A stretch of 50,959 nt of DNA. Source: a virus. Taxonomy: Duplodnaviria > Caudoviricetes. Made by a program: the position numbers and the translations under genes. Positions 48,027 to 50,959 of the stretch are shown here, in pieces. How positions within the stretch are numbered: position 1 is the first letter of the stretch; each line of letters opens with the position of its first letter. The notes under the pieces are model-generated. The model was not told the origin of the DNA and did no database searches. It saw only the letters and a program-made list of their open reading frames with translations. Location: positions 1 to 50,959 of IMG/VR virus record IMGVR_UViG_3300037484_000760; one strand, 5' to 3'.

Positions 48027-48308
48027 TGCGGTCATGGCCAGAGCGCATATGTCACTAGGTTCAGCGCAATAGAAAGAGCCCAGCGCACTAATGGCTCTCT
48101 GGGCTCCCGTTGTTACCAGATTGTATCTCCTTTGTATTCTTCTCAGCAGCAGTATGCCTTCGCTATGTACGGCCAAAGTGCCGTGTACAACTCCCATGAT
48201 ACCCAGACGCGCTCTCCGTCTATCGTTTCGATCAAGATCATTCTACTCACCTCCCTTCTCCATTCGTTGAGTCCTCTCTCCTAGGCGCGTGGTTCTTGTA
48301 ATGAATCG

Positions 48309-48716
48309 TTATTTGTTCTCCAACTTCGCCTGTAACGCCGCTATCAAACTCTCCAAACTTTCCTTATCCATGTCCTTCCGCAACACGGCAACTTCAGGTG
48401 GGATAAGGCTTGGAGCGCGCCGTTCCCTGCCGTAGAACTCACTCATGCTAGTGGTCTTGCCACTTTCGCTGAGGACTGCCTTTCCCATCGGACGAAAGAC
48501 CGCATTTTGCAAACTGACCACATCGTTGGCCGCCGCCGAGTCCAACACATCCTCAACTTTCGTCCCGGTGTAATCCAGATAGTGAACCATGTTTTCAGCA
48601 AAGACCAATTTGCTCGGCCCTTTCCCTTCCGACACGGACACTAACACCTTGATCGTTCCCTGCGTGTAAACTCCATCCTCAACTACGAACTCACGCGTTA
48701 TCTCTCTCTTCGCCAT
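48309..48716 (-). CDS. Hypothetical protein, first gene of the - strand arm
   Basis: AAGGAGG RBS; extended -10 upstream. Confidence 0.7.
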   Translation of the reverse strand: MAKREITREFVVEDGVYTQGTIKVLVSVSEGKGPSKLVFAENMVHYLDYTGTKVEDVLDSAAANDVVSLQNAVFRPMGKAVLSESGKTTSMSEFYGRERRAPSLIPPEVAVLRKDMDKESLESLIAALQAKLENK

Positions 48717-48829
48717 GACATCCTCCTTGCCCATCACGCCCAGGAGAGAGAACTCAACTATTCACTTGTCAAAGAACAACTCCTACAACTTCGTGCCAAT
48801 GTTTAATGTGGTTGACTTCCCACATGACA

Positions 48830-48838
48830 ATTATACCA
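48830..48838 (-). promoter_or_regulatory. Extended -10 promoter element
   Basis: TGGTATAAT on -; no clear -35. Confidence 0.5.
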
Positions 48839-48968
48839 TAGTCGTCCACAACGAGAACCGGGGGATGGCCGAGGGGGAACGCGAGCGCGCCGCATTAGGG
48901 GTTGACACTGGTAGAAAATTTATAAAATCTAGACCAATACCACAATTACGGCGACTACGTCGCGGCTC

Positions 48969-48995
48969 CGCTTTGGTTAATATTAATCCGAAGTG
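48969..48995 (+). promoter_or_regulatory. 27-bp dispersed palindromic site #14
   Basis: CGCTTTGGTTAATATTAATCCGAAGTG, between the divergent promoters. Confidence 0.78.
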
Positions 48996-49045
48996 GGCCG
49001 CCCTGACTGCGTTTAATTGTGAGGCGAGCCGATGGTAATTATGTG

Positions 49046-49074
49046 TTGACAAGGAATGGGGCGCATGATATAGG
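49046..49074 (+). promoter_or_regulatory. Sigma70-type promoter for the + strand arm
   Basis: TTGACA-17 bp-TATAGG with TG extension. Confidence 0.6.
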
Positions 49075-49121
49075 TAATGGCATATTGACTAACATTGGTT
49101 CCAACGAATAGGAGGCCTCTG

Positions 49122-49460
49122 ATGAGAGTACTTGTGATAGCAGTTGCCGTGACCCTGGGCTTGGCGCTGACCAGCTTCTTAGCCGACGCTGTGTCGGACT
49201 TCCCTTATGATAATGCCCAGATCTTTGCGCCCAATGGGAAGTTGACGGAGAGTATAACTTCGGCTACCACGCGCAATTTGACCAAGACCCGTGTCTGGCG
49301 CGTGACGTCTACCACGGCCTGGAAGAGGATGCACACGGCAACTTCAGCCAAGGATAGCACCTATGTTGATGTACCTGCCGGCATCACAGAGTTGGGCGTC
49401 AGTTCCATCACCCCCTTCCTTCACATGACCAGTGTTACTGGCACGTTAGAGAGGCAATAA
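49122..49460 (+). CDS. Small secreted-type protein
   Basis: AGGAGG RBS; MRVLVIAVAVTLGLALTSFLADA signal-like N-terminus; Thr-rich beta domain. Confidence 0.7.
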   Translation: MRVLVIAVAVTLGLALTSFLADAVSDFPYDNAQIFAPNGKLTESITSATTRNLTKTRVWRVTSTTAWKRMHTATSAKDSTYVDVPAGITELGVSSITPFLHMTSVTGTLERQ

Positions 49461-49462
49461 AT

Positions 49463-50959
49463 ATGCTTCGGTTAATTATCACCCTAAGTGTTTGTCTCCT
49501 CACTCTTAGCCAAAGCGCCTTTGCTGGCACAATCGCTTCGGATATCTTCAGAGGGAGGCTAGGGGTCTTCACGAACATGACTGGGGTTTCAGTTAAGGCT
49601 GCTACGCTCAGAGGGCAGCTGACTGGGAATGTAACTGGGAATGTAACTGGTAACGTAACTGGAGACCTTATTGGTAATGTGACGATATTAGGCTCAGTTA
49701 AAGATATCCGCTTCTCCGACGAATTTGCCTCATACAACGCAGCTATTACTGCAATTGGTAGTACTCCCGCCTTACTTGTTGTCAACACTCCTAACTTCCC
49801 TGTCACAGCTAATGCAACGGCTCCAGTGACGCTGGCAACCTCAGTTCTTTGGCCCGGAAGCTTCTCTCATTCAACTTACTCCATTACGTTTAACGGCCCT
49901 GTATCTTTCCCCGATAGCCAGGTGTTCACCGGGACGGGGACGGTGGTATTCGGCAGGAAATCTACAAGGGCGCTTAATCCCTTATGGTGGGGTGTTAACG
50001 CTAGCGGGACCAACACCACAACGGAGATGCAGAGTTGCTTTAATTCTGCCTTTGCGAGTGAGGTCAAGCTGGTTGAGTTCGGTCCGGGCCTGTTCAGAAT
50101 TGATGGAACTGTAAATATAACCGACGTAATTGATATTGAGGGCGTATCTACGGGAACAGCAAGAGCAACTAAAACTAACGCAATGGGATCAACTGTTTTC
50201 TTCACAGATAGTGGAACCGGGAATATGTTCTATGTATATTCTGCCACTGATCGAATCAGTGGCTTCACGATGCGGAACGTGTCCTTACTTGGGTCCGACT
50301 CAATGCTTGTAGATACTAATGCTGTTACTAAAACTGCAATATATTTCAAAGATACATTAAGTGAAACCATTATAGACAATGTTAATATTACTGGATTTCA
50401 TGTGTCTGCGCTTTACTTGGACTCAGTATGGGATGCGACTATCCAGAACAGCCGCATTATGTATTCAGGTACAGCAACTGTCCCAGCTTTAGCTTTTGTT
50501 GCTACTGCTGACAATACAAATGCAATTAAATTCACCAACAACCATGTGGAACATTGTCCTTATATCCTTCAATTAGCAAATGGGGCAAGGCAGAATAAAT
50601 TTATAGGTAACAAATTTGAAATAGGTAACCGGACCCCAACAGGATCTCCGTTTAATATAAGTTCTGATTCTGTGTCTAACCTTTTTGTCGGCAATCAGTT
50701 TGTTTATACAACGCACTCGCCATGGTTATTTACTATTGCTAATAAACATACTGTGATTAATGGCAATGTCTTTGAGGGCGCAAATTTCGCTAAATGGATT
50801 TATCATACTGGGGGCGGTTTGGTTTTAACTAACAACTCTTTTTTATGGTCAGACGGCGCAACTTACCCGTTTGTTTTTAACGATAATGTCATTATGACGG
50901 GCAACACTGTTGATCTTCTTCCTCATAGTGGAGATCGTTATTTTGTCCAAATGCATTCC
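49463..50959 (+). CDS. Tailspike/tail-fibre protein with signal peptide and beta-helix body, 3'-truncated (variant A; not in the ORF track)
   Basis: Open frame from ATG 49463 to the window end; MLRLIITLSVCLLTLSQSAFA; TGNV repeats; 'NPLWWG..GT..TTEMQ', 'FGPGLFRI' and N-rich beta-helix repeats. Confidence 0.8.
   Translation, partial: MLRLIITLSVCLLTLSQSAFAGTIASDIFRGRLGVFTNMTGVSVKAATLRGQLTGNVTGNVTGNVTGDLIGNVTILGSVKDIRFSDEFASYNAAITAIGSTPALLVVNTPNFPVTANATAPVTLATSVLWPGSFSHSTYSITFNGPVSFPDSQVFTGTGTVVFGRKSTRALNPLWWGVNASGTNTTTEMQSCFNSAFASEVKLVEFGPGLFRIDGTVNITDVIDIEGVSTGTARATKTNAMGSTVFFTDSGTGNMFYVYSATDRISGFTMRNVSLLGSDSMLVDTNAVTKTAIYFKDTLSETIIDNVNITGFHVSALYLDSVWDATIQNSRIMYSGTATVPALAFVATADNTNAIKFTNNHVEHCPYILQLANGARQNKFIGNKFEIGNRTPTGSPFNISSDSVSNLFVGNQFVYTTHSPWLFTIANKHTVINGNVFEGANFAKWIYHTGGGLVLTNNSFLWSDGATYPFVFNDNVIMTGNTVDLLPHSGDRYFVQMHS
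49464..49490 (+). promoter_or_regulatory. 27-bp dispersed palindromic site #15 (overlaps the start codon and signal peptide)
   Basis: TGCTTCGGTTAATTATCACCCTAAGTG. Confidence 0.83.
49622..49681 (+). repeat. 12-bp tandem coding repeat (TGNV/TGDL/IGNV x5)
   Basis: ACTGGGAATGTA ACTGGGAATGTA ACTGGTAACGTA ACTGGAGACCTT ATTGGTAATGTG. Confidence 0.8.
49770..49896 (+). repeat. 127-bp exact repeat, copy 2
   Basis: Identical to 1..127. Confidence 0.97.

Larger units (their letters stand above)
1..50959. mobile_element. Tailed dsDNA bacteriophage genome (podovirus-like, probably virulent), near complete and circularly permuted
   Basis: Terminase-portal-scaffold-capsid-short tail-ejection protein block on +, replication and early genes on -. 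No tape measure, sheath or integrase recognised. 1..127 equals 49770..49896. Confidence 0.95.

Noticed and set aside
47857-48048. 63-aa ORF with hydrophobic stretch and Pro run
   Set aside because: It arises from the purine-rich inverted-repeat arm and site #13, with no convincing RBS.
48902-48928. TTGACA...TAAAAT promoter on +
   Set aside because: The spacer is only 15 bp; the candidate at 49046 fits better.
6665-49490. 27-bp repeats as CRISPR repeats, attC or dif/Xer sites
   Set aside because: They are kilobases apart with no spacers and show no match to XerC/D arms or attC cores. No cas operon, integrase or tyrosine recombinase is present; the Cas4-like nuclease sits in a normal Sak4/SSB recombination module.
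1-50959. Stop-codon reassignment
   Set aside because: Core genes are intact in the standard code, and TAA, TAG and TGA all terminate genes followed by coupled starts.

Overview
Apparently near-complete genome (about 50 kb) of a tailed dsDNA phage with podovirus-type organisation. The + strand arm (49.1 kb, continuing through 1-28.5 kb) carries receptor-binding and secreted-type proteins, lysis genes, terminase, portal, scaffold, capsid, short-tail genes, ejection proteins and a 2251-aa polyvalent protein. The - strand arm (28.4-48.7 kb) carries a DUF3987-type ATPase, a UDG-PolA fusion, a DnaQ exonuclease, a ParB-methyltransferase fusion, SSB, Sak4 and Cas4-like recombination genes, an ATP-dependent ligase, dCMP deaminase and many small early genes behind sigma70-type promoters. 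I recognised no integrase, repressor, RNA polymerase, tRNA or CRISPR array. Five observations stand out. (1) There are 15 copies of a 27-bp quasi-palindrome (CACTTnGGTTA-w5-CAmCCnAAGTG), spaced every 3-5 kb, crowding toward the divergent control region and retained even inside coding sequence. (2) Five tail-fibre-like or carbohydrate-binding proteins all begin with Sec-type signal peptides. (3) Two alternative beta-helix tailspike bodies share an identical 127-bp segment at the contig ends. (4) The giant virion protein contains repeat-delimited AT-rich modules. (5) An origin-like inverted-repeat/T-tract element lies at 47.6-48.0 kb. All calls come from reading motifs by eye; no database searches were run.
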